A stretch of DNA of 64,000 nucleotides from Patescibacteria group bacterium (GCA_028715115.1 JAQUSN010000002.1:132944-196943); one strand, 5' to 3'; positions 9,156 through 19,638 are shown, counted from the stretch's first letter. The notes: generated by a model not told the origin, from the sequence alone. Numbers and translations are program-made.

Positions 9156-10277
9156 ATGCCACTGATATTAAATCAAAGATTTAGATTAATAGACTGGGGA
9201 TTAATAATCCTTATTTTTCTTATAGTGGTTTTTGGTTTAATAGTGCAATATGATTTATCTTTTAATAATAACACAAGCGGGCTGTCTAATTTCACGAAGC
9301 AATTAATTTATTGTTTAATCGGTTTTATTTTGATTTTTATTTTAAGTCAATTAGATTTTCGCTATCTTAAATCAATTAGCTATATTTTTTACGGAGTAAT
9401 TTTATTAGCCCTTGTCGCTGTTCTTTTGTTTGGCAAGACTTTCCACGGAGTGAAAGGTTGGTTGTCGTTTGGCATTTTCAATTTTCAATTGGTTGAGCTG
9501 GCGAAGCTCGCCTCCATTATTGCTTTGGCTACCTTTTGGCAAAAGACTATTCGGCCTCTGCCGTTTAAACGTATTATTTTAAGCTTGGTTTTTGTCTTGC
9601 CGCCGATAATTTTAGTCGCTTTACAGCCAGACTTTGGTTCGGCGCTGGTTTTATTTTTGACCTGGTTGGGCATTATTGTTTTAGTTGATAATAATCCTAA
9701 GCATCTGGTCGCGATTTTTTTAACCATTGTTTTAGTGCTTATTTTAATGTATTTTTTTGTCTTTCATCAATATCAACGAGATAGGATTAGCACTTTGTTA
9801 AATCCCGGAGCCGATCCGCTTGGTCGCGGGTATCAAACTGCGCAATCGGCGATGGCCATCGGTTCTGGCGGTTGGTGGGGCAGGGGATTGTCGCTTAGTG
9901 CGCATGGATCTCTCAGTTACTTGCCGGCCGGACAAACTGATTTTATTTTTGCCGCCATTGCCGAGCGAGCCGGATTTTTAGGATGTCTTATTGTCTTCGG
10001 TTTGTTCTTTTTGTTATTCAGCCGGCTTAATAAATTGGTACAAAAAATTTATGATAATTTTGCCGCGCTTTTGACCATCGGTATTTTAATAAATTTAGTT
10101 ATTCATTTTGTTATAAATGTCGGAATGAATCTTGGTCTTTTGCCGGTCATTGGGGTTCCATTGCCTCTTTTAAGCTATGGCGGTAGTTATTTGTTGGTAA
10201 CGTTTATCTTTATCGGTTTAATACAAAGCATTAGTGTTCATCGTTTATTTATCGCCCAAGAAAAAGATTTAGCATAA
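9156..10277 (+). CDS. SEDS-family cell division/elongation protein (FtsW/RodA/SpoVE).
   Basis: Polytopic membrane protein with conserved FtsW/RodA motifs (GSGGWWGRGLS, PAGQTDFIFAAIAE). Confidence 0.85.
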   Translation: MPLILNQRFRLIDWGLIILIFLIVVFGLIVQYDLSFNNNTSGLSNFTKQLIYCLIGFILIFILSQLDFRYLKSISYIFYGVILLALVAVLLFGKTFHGVKGWLSFGIFNFQLVELAKLASIIALATFWQKTIRPLPFKRIILSLVFVLPPIILVALQPDFGSALVLFLTWLGIIVLVDNNPKHLVAIFLTIVLVLILMYFFVFHQYQRDRISTLLNPGADPLGRGYQTAQSAMAIGSGGWWGRGLSLSAHGSLSYLPAGQTDFIFAAIAERAGFLGCLIVFGLFFLLFSRLNKLVQKIYDNFAALLTIGILINLVIHFVINVGMNLGLLPVIGVPLPLLSYGGSYLLVTFIFIGLIQSISVHRLFIAQEKDLA

Positions 10278-10281
10278 TTTT

Positions 10282-10650
10282 ATGAAAATATTTATTGCTC
10301 ATTCAAGTAATTATGATTTTAAAAAAGAACTCTACGAGCCGCTTAGAGATTCTTCTTTAGACAAAGAACATAAAATTATTTTGCCTCAAGGAAAAGGATT
10401 TGAAACGATTACTCGAGATGTAATAAATGGATGTGATTTATTAGTGGCAGAAATTTCCTATCCCTCGACGGGGCTGGGCATTGAGTTGGGCTGGGCTGAT
10501 GTGGCTAAGATTCCGGCCATTGGCGTTTATAAAGAAGGAACGAGACCGTCTCCGGCAGTGAATAAAATGATAAAAGACTTTATTATTTACAATGATGCCG
10601 ATGATATGATCAATAAATTAAGAGAATATATTTCTAATCTTAAAAAATAA
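10282..10650 (+). CDS. Nucleoside 2-deoxyribosyltransferase-like / DNPH1-like Rossmann protein.
   Basis: Has the YPSTGLGIELGWA motif, which resembles the catalytic Glu loop of the NDT/Rcl family. 122 aa. Recognition by eye only. Confidence 0.4.
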   Translation: MKIFIAHSSNYDFKKELYEPLRDSSLDKEHKIILPQGKGFETITRDVINGCDLLVAEISYPSTGLGIELGWADVAKIPAIGVYKEGTRPSPAVNKMIKDFIIYNDADDMINKLREYISNLKK

Positions 10651-10651
10651 T

Positions 10652-11209
10652 ATGGGTAAGAAAGAAATACTAAATATTGTTGATGAAAACGATAATATAA
10701 TCGGACAAGAACAGAGAGAAAGAGTACATAAGAGTGGATTATTACATCGAGAAATTCATGTCTGGGTTTATAACGATAAAGGCGAGGTGTTATTGCAGAA
10801 AAGAGCGATGGATAAAGATACTTTTCCTGGATTATTTGACGCATCTGTTGGTGGACACGTTGACTTAAACCAAACCTATGAAGAAGCTGCCACTAGAGAG
10901 CTAGAGGAAGAAATTGGCGTTAAGGCTGACATAAAAGATTTATCTTATCTTATTAAAATGAGAGACAAAGATTATGATCAAAGTACCGGAATGACCAATA
11001 ATAGATTTTGGGTAGTTTATGCTTATAAATATAATGAGAACAAAGATAATTTAAGATTAGAAAAAGGAAAGGCGATAAGTCTGGAATTTTGGCCAATAAA
11101 CAGAATTATGAACGCCTCGGCTGAAGATAGAGAAAAATTCATTCCATTTTTGCTCGGCGATAAATATTCAATAATTTTTCAAGAAATAAAAAATTTAATT
11201 AAACAATAA
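10652..11209 (+). CDS. NUDIX hydrolase (IDI-like).
   Basis: Nudix box GGHVDLNQTYEEAATRELEEEIGV. Confidence 0.8.
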   Translation: MGKKEILNIVDENDNIIGQEQRERVHKSGLLHREIHVWVYNDKGEVLLQKRAMDKDTFPGLFDASVGGHVDLNQTYEEAATRELEEEIGVKADIKDLSYLIKMRDKDYDQSTGMTNNRFWVVYAYKYNENKDNLRLEKGKAISLEFWPINRIMNASAEDREKFIPFLLGDKYSIIFQEIKNLIKQ

Positions 11210-11210
11210 A

Positions 11211-11987
11211 ATGAAACTATATTTTAAAAATAAAAGCGGATTAAGATTGTGCGGTGTTTTGGACGAGCCGAAAAAGAAGGGTGACACTTGCGTTATTCTT
11301 TGCCATGGCCTGGGAGTAGATAAAAATGAATACAATAATATTTTCGTAAAACTTAAAAAGCGATTAGTACAAAAAGGAATGCCAGTTTTCAGGTTCGACT
11401 TTATGGCACATGGCGAAAGTCAAGGCAAGTCGATAAACATGACTATTATTAAAGAAAAATATGATTTAGAGGTCGCGGTAAGTTTTTTGAGAAAATTAGG
11501 TTATAAAAATTTCGGTATTTTGGGCGCCAGTTTTGGCGGCGGGGCAGTGGCGCTTTTTTCGGCTCAAAATAAGAAAATTATCAAAGCCGCAGTTTTATGG
11601 AATGCTTTAATAGACTATCATAGCATTTTAAAACCGACTTTGTCCTGGCCAAAACGTAATTTTGGTTCAGAGGCGATGAAAAGGTTAAAAAAATCAGGCT
11701 ATATTTTCATTGGCGGTTCTAAATTTAAAATGGGCAAGAAATTATTTTCGGAAATGAAGAAATTACATCCTGGCCAGATAATGGCTAAAACAAAAATACC
11801 GACTTTGTTTATCCACGGCACTAATGATAACTATATTCCATATCAAGACTCAGTTAAATATTCCAAGCTATTTAAAAATGCTAAAGTTAAGTTGCTTAAA
11901 GATGCCCAACACGGTTTTGATGATAGTAAAGAACACACCGAGGAGGCGATAAAATATACAACAGATTTTTTCGCCAAATTCATATAG
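11211..11987 (+). CDS. Alpha/beta hydrolase.
   Basis: Nucleophile elbow GASFGGG; C-terminal D/H region. Confidence 0.75.
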   Translation: MKLYFKNKSGLRLCGVLDEPKKKGDTCVILCHGLGVDKNEYNNIFVKLKKRLVQKGMPVFRFDFMAHGESQGKSINMTIIKEKYDLEVAVSFLRKLGYKNFGILGASFGGGAVALFSAQNKKIIKAAVLWNALIDYHSILKPTLSWPKRNFGSEAMKRLKKSGYIFIGGSKFKMGKKLFSEMKKLHPGQIMAKTKIPTLFIHGTNDNYIPYQDSVKYSKLFKNAKVKLLKDAQHGFDDSKEHTEEAIKYTTDFFAKFI

Positions 11988-12001
11988 TAGATAAAAATAA
12001 A

Positions 12002-12031
12002 AATGAGTAGCTTAAAACTCATTTTTATTTT
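12002..12031 (+). terminator. Intrinsic terminator after the alpha/beta hydrolase gene (aatgagt / actcatt, then a T-run).
   Basis: 7-bp stem followed by tttatttt. Confidence 0.6.
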
Positions 12032-12039
12032 AAAAGAAA

Positions 12040-12064
12040 CCGGCGCGGAACTAGTCCGCGCCGG
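12040..12064 (-). terminator. Intrinsic terminator for the minus-strand GC-rich operon (ccggcgcgga / tccgcgccgg). The stop codon sits in its loop and a T-rich run follows on the minus strand.
   Basis: Perfect 10-bp GC stem. Confidence 0.6.
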
Positions 12065-12269
12065 GAGATGGTTCTTGCTGCTGGAAGAGTGCCTTGTTCG
12101 GCATGCCGTCGGTTATGACTACGAGAACAGAGATGAGGGCACTGCCTATCTGCCACAGGATGAGTCTGATCACGAAAGGGCCCGGCATCATACAGAGCCC
12201 GATAGTGAGTCCAAGCCAGGCGCCTATGATAGACCAGAATATCACGTCTCTTGTCCCTAGATCCCTCAT
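12051..12269 (-). CDS. GC-rich small 2-TM membrane protein (72 aa), second gene of a two-gene GC-rich operon.
   Basis: Its ATG overlaps the upstream stop (ATGA). It has two hydrophobic helices and is visibly GC-rich in an AT-rich genome. Confidence 0.5.
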   Translation of the reverse strand: MRDLGTRDVIFWSIIGAWLGLTIGLCMMPGPFVIRLILWQIGSALISVLVVITDGMPNKALFQQQEPSPGAD

Positions 12270-12490
12270 GACGTCCCCGTAGGGCGGGCGTCAAGAGGCG
12301 TTTTTTCCGTAGCGATTTCGTACAAGAAAACCAGGATCAGGCTGATCACTAACCAGGCGCTGGTCAGTAACGGGACGCCCAGGCCGATGCACAGAACCTT
12401 CCATAGGTTCAGCATGTCGAAGTGGCAGATCCAGATGACGTACTTGATGCACGTCACGAACCAGACGATGAAACACACTAGAGAAATCAC
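12266..12490 (-). CDS. GC-rich small 2-TM membrane protein (74 aa; weak resemblance to PLD_N/YxlE-type small membrane proteins).
   Basis: GTG start with AAGGAGG 5 nt upstream. A promoter-like TTGACA ... TATAAT element lies upstream on the minus strand. GC-rich. Confidence 0.5.
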   Translation of the reverse strand: MISLVCFIVWFVTCIKYVIWICHFDMLNLWKVLCIGLGVPLLTSAWLVISLILVFLYEIATEKTPLDARPTGTS

Positions 12491-12577
12491 TCCTGCCTCC
12501 TTAGTTAGGTTGTATTTAATATTATATATTTTTGGTTAATTGTCAATCCATTTATACACCGAATATCTTAAATAACC

Positions 12578-12606
12578 TTGACAAGTTTCCCCCTTTATTT
12601 TATAAT
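12578..12606 (+). promoter_or_regulatory. Near-consensus sigma70-type promoter for rplY (TTGACA, 17 nt, TATAAT).
   Basis: Exact hexamers with 17-nt spacing, about 30 nt upstream of the rplY ATG. Confidence 0.65.
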
Positions 12607-12637
12607 TTTATCACTAACTATCTAAGTATTATTTGAT

Positions 12638-13324
12638 ATGACATTATCATTAAAAGCCAAAAGCCGTACGATTACTGGCGGCAAGGTAAATGAATTAAGG
12701 AAAGAAGGCCAAATTCCGGCTATTGTTTACGGCCATGGTTTTAAAAATGTAAACATTATCGTTTCTGATGGCGATTTTAAAAAAGTTTTTAAAGAAGCGG
12801 GCGAGAGTAGTTTGGTGAGTTTAGTCGTTGACGATGCTAAGCCGATTCAAGTTTTGGTTCACGATATTCAATATCAACCGCTTAAAAACACCATTCAACA
12901 CATTGATTTTTATCATGTCAAAGCTGACGAAAAAATTACTGCCGAAGCAGGCTTACGTTTTATCGGCGATGCTCCGGCTGTTAAAGAATTAAGTGGCGTT
13001 CTTGTGACCCCAATTACCAAAGTTAAAATCGAATGTCTACCCAAGGACCTGGTTCATGAATTAGAAGTTGACATTTCAACCTTAAACACCTTTGAAGATG
13101 CAATTAGAATAAAAGATTTAGTTGTGCCTGCAGGAATAAAAATTGTCGGATCGCTTGACGAAGTTGTGGCTTTAGTTGAAGCACCGAGAAGCGAAGAAGA
13201 ATTAAAGAGCTTGGAAGAAAAGCCAGAAGCCAAAGTTGAAGATGTTAAGACCGTAAAAGAAGAAACCAAGGCTGCCGAAGATAAAATCGAAGAAGAAAAA
13301 ACTACAGAAAAAACAGACAAATAA
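12638..13324 (+). CDS. rplY: Ribosomal protein L25 / general stress protein Ctc (long form with acidic/lysine-rich tail).
   Basis: N-terminal L25 fold sequence (KSRTITGGKVNELRKEGQIPAIVYG). Confidence 0.85.
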   Translation: MTLSLKAKSRTITGGKVNELRKEGQIPAIVYGHGFKNVNIIVSDGDFKKVFKEAGESSLVSLVVDDAKPIQVLVHDIQYQPLKNTIQHIDFYHVKADEKITAEAGLRFIGDAPAVKELSGVLVTPITKVKIECLPKDLVHELEVDISTLNTFEDAIRIKDLVVPAGIKIVGSLDEVVALVEAPRSEEELKSLEEKPEAKVEDVKTVKEETKAAEDKIEEEKTTEKTDK

Positions 13325-13329
13325 AAAAA

Positions 13330-14352
13330 ATGAAATCATATAGACATTTAAAACGAAACGATTTGGTTTTGTTTGGGTTAATTTTTATTTTACCCATTTT
13401 TTTATTATCCGGATGTACGAAGCCGACGCCGACTCAAATCGAAAACCAAGAACCAATCGGCCAGCCGAACTCATTGGACGGTGAGTATGTTTCGGTCAAT
13501 GTTGATTTAAAGCCGGTAGCTGTTTGTATTGATAATTTTTTTGTTTCTCGGCCGCAATCGGGATTAAATCAAGCTTCAATAGTTTATGAATTGCCGGTTG
13601 AAGCTAATATTAGCAGATTTTTAGCTGTTTATCGCGGAGATAAATTACCCGACAAAATTGGCCCAGTTCGTTCAGCTCGTCCATATTCGGCAGCTATTGC
13701 CGATGAATATCGCGCAGTTTATGTTCATGCCGGCGGCAGCCCGCAAGCTTTATCAGAGATTGCCAAAGATACTTACTGGATTAATAATATAGACGGATTG
13801 ACCAAACAAGATGTATATTTTTGGCGCGATAAAAATCGCCAGGCTCCGTATAACCTATATACTTCGGAAAATCAAATAGCTAAATTTAAACAAGACAATC
13901 AAATAAACAATATTGCTGATTTTACTTCTTGGCTATATGTTGATTTTAAAGAAAATGGTCAAGATTTATCAGATATAAAAATTACCGGTTATTTTGAACC
14001 AGTAGTTTGGAGTTACAATATTGCCACCAAAAAATACGAAAGATTTTTATTAGTTAACGGCCAAAAAGAAAAATTTATTGATGATAATAATGTCCAAATT
14101 AGTGCCAGTAATGTCATCGTACTTTTTACTAAGGTTAGCGTAATTGATAAAATCGGCCGGAAGCAGATTGATTTGGTCAGTGGTGGCAAGGCTTCAGTTT
14201 TTAATCACGGAGTTAAAACAGAAGGAACTTGGGAGAAAAAAAATAATCGGACAATCTTTTTAGACGCGTCCGGTCAAGAAATACCATTAATGAGGGGTAA
14301 TACTTGGGTTGAGATTATTTCTGCGGCAACAGGCACTCTTTCAAATCTTTAA
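13330..14352 (+). CDS. DUF3048-family lipoprotein (YerB-like).
   Basis: Signal peptide with lipobox LSGC. Similar to the DUF3048 core ([14 protein letters not shown]...ISRFLAVY...PVRSARPY). Confidence 0.6.
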   Translation: MKSYRHLKRNDLVLFGLIFILPIFLLSGCTKPTPTQIENQEPIGQPNSLDGEYVSVNVDLKPVAVCIDNFFVSRPQSGLNQASIVYELPVEANISRFLAVYRGDKLPDKIGPVRSARPYSAAIADEYRAVYVHAGGSPQALSEIAKDTYWINNIDGLTKQDVYFWRDKNRQAPYNLYTSENQIAKFKQDNQINNIADFTSWLYVDFKENGQDLSDIKITGYFEPVVWSYNIATKKYERFLLVNGQKEKFIDDNNVQISASNVIVLFTKVSVIDKIGRKQIDLVSGGKASVFNHGVKTEGTWEKKNNRTIFLDASGQEIPLMRGNTWVEIISAATGTLSNL

Positions 14353-15352
14353 TCAGATCATCTAGTTTTCCATCCATAATTTCATCGATATTAAACCAGC
14401 TTTTATTAATGCGGTGATCGGTGATGCGGTTTTGTGGGAAATTATAAGTTCTGATTTTTTCTACTCTTAGGGCGTGGCCGATTTGGCTGCGGCGTTGCTC
14501 GGTTAGATCGCCGAGCCTTTTTTCTTCTTGTTGAGCCATGAGCTTTGCGCGCAAAACTTTCATGGCTTTTTCTTTATTTTTTGATTGAGAGCGTTCTTCT
14601 TGAGAAGTGACGACTAAACCGGTCGGTTTATGGGTAATACGCACCGCAGTTTCTACTTTTTGTACGTTTTGGCCGCCCTTGCTAGAGGAACGATAGGTGT
14701 CAACGTCGATTTCATCGGGGCTAATGGTGATGTCGTGCTCGGTTGCTTCCGGTAAAACAGCGACCGAGGCCGTAGAAGTATGAACGCGGCCGTTTTTTTC
14801 CGTTTCCGGAACTCGCTGAACGCGATGCACGCCGCTTTCATATAATAAGATCGAGTAAGCCTTAGGTCCGCTGATACGGAAAACAATTTCTTTATAGCCG
14901 TAAATATCAGTTTGATTGGCGCTTAAAGTGTCGATAGACCAGCCCTGTCTTTCGGCAAAACGGCTATACATACGGAAAAGATTAGCGGCAAAAAGCGCAG
15001 CTTCTTCTCCGCCAGTACCAGCCCTAATTTCTACAATGACATTATTGAAGCTTTGGCTCGGGTCATCCTCGTTGATTAATTGTTCTTTTTGGGATTTTAA
15101 ATCATTTAATTCAGTTTGGGTAAGCGAGAGCATCTCTTGATCTTTTTCTTGTTTTAACATTTTTTCTAGATCGGTGATTTGCCGATCGAGAGAATTTATT
15201 TTTTCTAATTTATTAAGGCGTTGTTTGATTTGGGTATATTTTCTTGATAGCTCGGTTAATTTATTTTGATTAACTAAAACTTCCGGAAGCGTCATTTCCG
15301 TTTCTAGCTCACTAACTTGTTTTTTTAAATCATCGAGTTCGGACATATTCAT
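14315..15352 (-). CDS. prfA: Peptide chain release factor 1.
   Basis: GGQ motif ([19 protein letters not shown]) and RF1-type C-terminus ([16 protein letters not shown]). Convergent 38-nt overlap with the upstream gene. Confidence 0.9.
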   Translation of the reverse strand: MNMSELDDLKKQVSELETEMTLPEVLVNQNKLTELSRKYTQIKQRLNKLEKINSLDRQITDLEKMLKQEKDQEMLSLTQTELNDLKSQKEQLINEDDPSQSFNNVIVEIRAGTGGEEAALFAANLFRMYSRFAERQGWSIDTLSANQTDIYGYKEIVFRISGPKAYSILLYESGVHRVQRVPETEKNGRVHTSTASVAVLPEATEHDITISPDEIDVDTYRSSSKGGQNVQKVETAVRITHKPTGLVVTSQEERSQSKNKEKAMKVLRAKLMAQQEEKRLGDLTEQRRSQIGHALRVEKIRTYNFPQNRITDHRINKSWFNIDEIMDGKLDDLIKDLKECLLPQK

Positions 15353-15508
15353 AAAATAAAATACATTAATCAGTTTTTAACTAATTTAATGCATGTGTAA
15401 AAGAAATAATGCTATTGTCAAGCGAGTGAAGAATAAAGAAAAAAATATTTTTTTCTTTTTTGATCCGCCAACTGGCGGAAGCGCCGACAACACAGGGCAA
15501 AATGCCCT

Positions 15509-15784
15509 TTATTTTTTGCTTTTAGCCTTTTTAGTTTTATTGGCGGTTCCAGTGGTTTTGGTAGTGGGCTTGTGCATTTCTTGGCCCTTGGCGACCATTT
15601 TTTTAAACCTTTCTAATCGGCCGCTCGTATCTAATAATTTTTGTTTGCCGGTGAAAAATGGATGGCATTTCGAGCAGACTTCGACGTGGATTTCCGGCAT
15701 AGTCGAACCAACGGTTAAAATATTACCACAGCTGCAAATAATTTTTGCTTTAGGATAATACTTAGGATGAACATCTTTTTTCAT
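15509..15784 (-). CDS. rpmE: Ribosomal protein L31 with a K-rich C-terminal tail.
   Basis: [10 protein letters not shown]... and the CxxC...CxxCHPF zinc ribbon. Confidence 0.85.
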   Translation of the reverse strand: MKKDVHPKYYPKAKIICSCGNILTVGSTMPEIHVEVCSKCHPFFTGKQKLLDTSGRLERFKKMVAKGQEMHKPTTKTTGTANKTKKAKSKK

Positions 15785-15979
15785 ATTTGGGAGATTAATG
15801 AATTATGTGGAAATTATAGCATACCTTAAAATATTTGACAAGGCCGGTTATCAAATTTCTAGGCAAGAGATAGGGGAAAAACGCCATAATATCTATTGCC
15901 AAAATTATTGCTATAGTATATAATGTAATAGCGAAAATTAAAAATCGCTTAATTAATATTTAGTAAAATTTAATTTTTT

Positions 15980-16690
15980 ATGGTTACTATTCCCACTTCC
16001 AATGAGTTATCTCAGGCGGCTGTTAGCATCGGTCATCGTTTGAATAAACGCCATCCCAAAATGGCTAAATATATTCAAGGTGCCAAAAACGGGATCAATT
16101 TGATTGACCTCAAGAAAACAGCTGAAAAATTAAAAGAAGCGCTTGATTATGTTGAACAATTGGGTGCGCAAAATGCTACCTTGGTTTTTGTGGCTACTAA
16201 GCCGGCCGCTAAGGGTTTGGTTAAAAAGTACGCCGAAGAAATCAATATGCCCTATATTAATCAGCGTTGGCTGGGCGGCACACTGACTAATTTTTCCACC
16301 ATTTCTAAATTAATAGAAAAATTGAAAAAATTATCCGATGGTAAGGAAAAGGGTGACTGGGAGAAATATACCAAAAAAGAACGTTTAAATATGGAAAAAG
16401 ATATGGATCGATTGGAATTTATGGTCGGCGGACTGAAAACTCTGACTAAGCTTCCTGATGCGGTTTATGTGGTTGATATTTTACAAGAAGCCACGGCTGT
16501 TGACGAGGCTCGTAAGAAAAAAGTGCCAATCGTAGCTATTACTGATACAAATACCAATCCGGAAAAGGTGACCTACGCCATTCCGGCCAATGACGATGCA
16601 ACCAAGTCGATCAATCTTATTACTGGTTTAATCGTCGAGGCCTATAAGCAGGGTCAGGTTAAAGCCAAAAAAGAAGTTAAAAAGGACTAA
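15980..16690 (+). CDS. rpsB: Ribosomal protein S2.
   Basis: Full-length S2 similarity. Confidence 0.95.
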   Translation: MVTIPTSNELSQAAVSIGHRLNKRHPKMAKYIQGAKNGINLIDLKKTAEKLKEALDYVEQLGAQNATLVFVATKPAAKGLVKKYAEEINMPYINQRWLGGTLTNFSTISKLIEKLKKLSDGKEKGDWEKYTKKERLNMEKDMDRLEFMVGGLKTLTKLPDAVYVVDILQEATAVDEARKKKVPIVAITDTNTNPEKVTYAIPANDDATKSINLITGLIVEAYKQGQVKAKKEVKKD

Positions 16691-17527
16691 ATGAATAAAG
16701 AAACAAAGTTAACCAAGAAATTATATTCTTCGATGGTGTTGAAGGAGTGGAAGAGATTGGAGAAAAACGCACTTCATAAACTCGAATTTGATACAACAAT
16801 TAAATTCTTAAAAAAATTTTTACCCAAGAAGGGATTTATTCTAGATGCCGGGGGCGGTCCGGGAAGGTATACGATTGCTTTAGCCAAAGCGGGCTATAAT
16901 GTGGCGCTTCTCGATTTAGTTCCAGAAAATATTGATTATGCTAAAAGAAAAATTATCAAAACCGGTACTGCAAAAAGAGTAAAACAGACCACGGTCGGTT
17001 CGATTACAGATCTTTCGATATATAAAGACAAGACATTTGATGCTACTATTTGTTTAGGTGGTCCATTGTCTCACGTTTATCCCGAGAAAATGCGCAGGAA
17101 AGCTATTTCAGAATTGGTTAGAGTAACTAAAGTTGGGAGTCCGATATTCATTTCAGTTATGAGCAAATTGGGCACCTTAACCTGTTGTCCTGGTAGTCCT
17201 TGGGAAGGGGAGATAAGTAGGACCAAAGATTTTAATCGTTTTGCCATAAAAGGTGATGACTATTTATGGCATCATGGAAAGGGCTATTGTCATTTTTTTG
17301 ATATAGTCGAATTAAAAAATTTAGTTCAGTCTAAGAAAAACATTGAAATATTGGATCAGGTTGGGCTAGAGGGCTTAGGATCTTCGCACGAAAAAGAAAT
17401 CGACAAAATGTCAAAAAAGCCAAAAATTTGGAAGAATTGGCTGAAGGTACATGAAAGATTTTGTACGCATCCAAGCGTAGTTGATACAAGTTTACATATG
17501 ATGATAATTTTTAAAAGAATAAAATAG
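16691..17527 (+). CDS. Class I SAM-dependent methyltransferase.
   Basis: Motif I ILDAGGGPGRYT. Confidence 0.75.
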   Translation: MNKETKLTKKLYSSMVLKEWKRLEKNALHKLEFDTTIKFLKKFLPKKGFILDAGGGPGRYTIALAKAGYNVALLDLVPENIDYAKRKIIKTGTAKRVKQTTVGSITDLSIYKDKTFDATICLGGPLSHVYPEKMRRKAISELVRVTKVGSPIFISVMSKLGTLTCCPGSPWEGEISRTKDFNRFAIKGDDYLWHHGKGYCHFFDIVELKNLVQSKKNIEILDQVGLEGLGSSHEKEIDKMSKKPKIWKNWLKVHERFCTHPSVVDTSLHMMIIFKRIK

Positions 17528-17554
17528 ATATTAATTTTATAATTTTATTTTACT

Positions 17555-18139
17555 ATGGCGAACGTTGAACTATTAAAAAGGTTGCGCGAGGACACCGGCG
17601 CAGGGATGAGCGATTGTCAAAAGGCTCTCGAAGAAGCTAAGGGCGATTTTGATAAAGCCGTCGAATATCTAAGAAAGCAAGGGCAAAAAATTGCCTTAAA
17701 TAAATCCGTCCGCACTATGCGCGAGGGCATTATTGACGCTTATGTCCATGCTAATAAAAAACTCGCCGTGTTGGTTGAAGTAAGCTGTGAGACTGATTTT
17801 GTAGCGCGCAATGAAATATTTAAAAATTTTGTCCATGATGTAGCCATGCAAGTGGCCGCGGCCAATCCGCGTTGGCTTTCTCCGGAAGATGTACCGGCAG
17901 AAGAAGTAGCGAAGGAAAAGGAAATTTACATTGAAGAATTAAAAAGAGAAAATAAGCCGGCCGAAATGATCGATAAAATTGCCACCGGCAAGATTAATAA
18001 ATTTTACACCGAAACTTGTTTGCTTAAACAAGCGTTCATAAAAGACGACAAAAAAACAATCGAAGACTTATTAAAAGAAGCAATCGCCAAAACTGGCGAA
18101 AATCTCAAAATTCAGAGATTTTGTCGCTTTAATATATGA
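17555..18139 (+). CDS. tsf: Elongation factor Ts (short form).
   Basis: N-terminal UBA-like LLKRLREDTGAGMSDCQKAL. Confidence 0.9.
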   Translation: MANVELLKRLREDTGAGMSDCQKALEEAKGDFDKAVEYLRKQGQKIALNKSVRTMREGIIDAYVHANKKLAVLVEVSCETDFVARNEIFKNFVHDVAMQVAAANPRWLSPEDVPAEEVAKEKEIYIEELKRENKPAEMIDKIATGKINKFYTETCLLKQAFIKDDKKTIEDLLKEAIAKTGENLKIQRFCRFNI

Positions 18140-19017
18140 TTTTAATTTGCCAAATTGCTCCTTGGGATAAGCCCCTTGAAGTTTCGCAAACCGGCGAGAA
18201 CGATGATATCGATAATAGTCATAACCTGAAAGTCGGAGATAAGATTATAATCAAAAACGAACAGGGGACTGATTTGGCGATGATTATAAAAATAAAAGCA
18301 GAGAGAAATAAAACGCCGGAATGCGACGACTGCAAAGAATGTCCTGGTGCAGTAGCCGTGGCTAAGGCCAACCCTTCTTTTCAGACTACGGCAGCCTTAG
18401 TCCGCAGAGCTACGATGAATGATTTGGATAAACAGACTAAAAAGGAAGAACACAAGCAATCATGTTTAACTGAATGCGAACAATTGATAAAAAAACACAA
18501 TTTGCCGATGAAGCTGATAGATGTAATCTTTCACTTTGACGGCGGTCGAATAACCTTTGCTTTTACCGCGGCCAACAAAGTTGATTTCCGCGAACTAGTC
18601 AAAGATTTGGCGAAAAAAATGCATCGCTCGATTCGTCTATATCAAGTTGGCGCGCGGCAAGAAGTTGAGATGACCGGCGACATTGGCCCATGCGGACAAT
18701 CTTTGTGCTGTATGAGTTTCCTGGAAAAATTAGGCAATGTAACGACCGAATTGATATTTGATCAACAAATAGCGCACCGGGGCGTCGATCGTTTGTCCGG
18801 CCCGTGCGGTAGATTAAAGTGCTGCTTGTTATTCGAAGAAGATAATTATAAAGAGTTGGCAAAAAATTTTCCAACGCAAGGCAGTTTTGTGAGAACTCCC
18901 CACGGAGACGGCAAAGTATCAGGATGGAAAATTTTGCGCCAAACCGTTATGGTAAGGATTGATGATGAAACGATGGTTGAAGTGCCGATTAGTGAAATAA
19001 AAAAAATCGAAAAATAA
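18136..19017 (+). CDS. PSP1 C-terminal domain protein (YaaT/RicT-like).
   Basis: Conserved Cys motifs GPCGQSLCC and GPCGRLKCC. ATGA overlap with tsf. Confidence 0.65.
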   Translation: MILICQIAPWDKPLEVSQTGENDDIDNSHNLKVGDKIIIKNEQGTDLAMIIKIKAERNKTPECDDCKECPGAVAVAKANPSFQTTAALVRRATMNDLDKQTKKEEHKQSCLTECEQLIKKHNLPMKLIDVIFHFDGGRITFAFTAANKVDFRELVKDLAKKMHRSIRLYQVGARQEVEMTGDIGPCGQSLCCMSFLEKLGNVTTELIFDQQIAHRGVDRLSGPCGRLKCCLLFEEDNYKELAKNFPTQGSFVRTPHGDGKVSGWKILRQTVMVRIDDETMVEVPISEIKKIEK

Positions 19018-19637
19018 TGAAGAATATATTTTGTTTAACTATTTTATTTTATTCAGTTATATCGCTCACTGGCTGCCAATGGCATAAAGTTAATAATCAA
19101 AATATGACCGCTAGCAAAAAAGCATTATTGGTTATAGCTTTTGATGGCTTTCAAGACGCTGAATATAGCGTTACGAAAAACATTCTAACTGAAGCCGGCA
19201 TAGCCGTGATTACAACCAGTACATCGCTCGGAACGGCGACTGGAAAATTCGGAGCCAAAGTGGAAATTGATAATTTAATCAGCAACGCCAATGTTAATGA
19301 TTATAATGCCGTAGTTTTTATAGGCGGACCCGGAGCAGAATCCATGATTAACGACTCGGTTGTTCAGCAATTAGCGATAAAGGCTAACCAAGAGCAAAAA
19401 ACATTAGCAGCGATTTGTGTGGCGCCGGCAATTCTAGCTCAGGCCGGAATTTTATCAGGGCGCGAGGCCACAGTTTGGTCATCGCCTCAAGACCAGGAAT
19501 TCGTCAATATTTTAAAAAATAAAAACGCCAAATATTTAGAACAGGGCGTAGTGGTTGACGGTAGATTCATTACCGCTAATGGTCCGGACGTAGCCAAGCA
19601 GTTTGGCGAAAAAATAGCCGAAATTTTAAATAAATAA
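19017..19637 (+). CDS. DJ-1/PfpI family protein with lipoprotein signal peptide.
   Basis: AICVAPAILAQAGIL nucleophile-elbow region; lipobox LTGC. Confidence 0.7.
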   Translation: MKNIFCLTILFYSVISLTGCQWHKVNNQNMTASKKALLVIAFDGFQDAEYSVTKNILTEAGIAVITTSTSLGTATGKFGAKVEIDNLISNANVNDYNAVVFIGGPGAESMINDSVVQQLAIKANQEQKTLAAICVAPAILAQAGILSGREATVWSSPQDQEFVNILKNKNAKYLEQGVVVDGRFITANGPDVAKQFGEKIAEILNK

Positions 19638-19638
19638 C

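Noticed and set aside
14315-14352. The 38-nt convergent overlap of prfA and the DUF3048 gene as a regulatory feature.
   Set aside because: It is probably just compact genome packing. Both ORFs are well supported.
15393-15758. 121-aa ORF on the plus strand.
   Set aside because: It is antisense to the well-supported L31 gene (rpmE). It is a shadow ORF.
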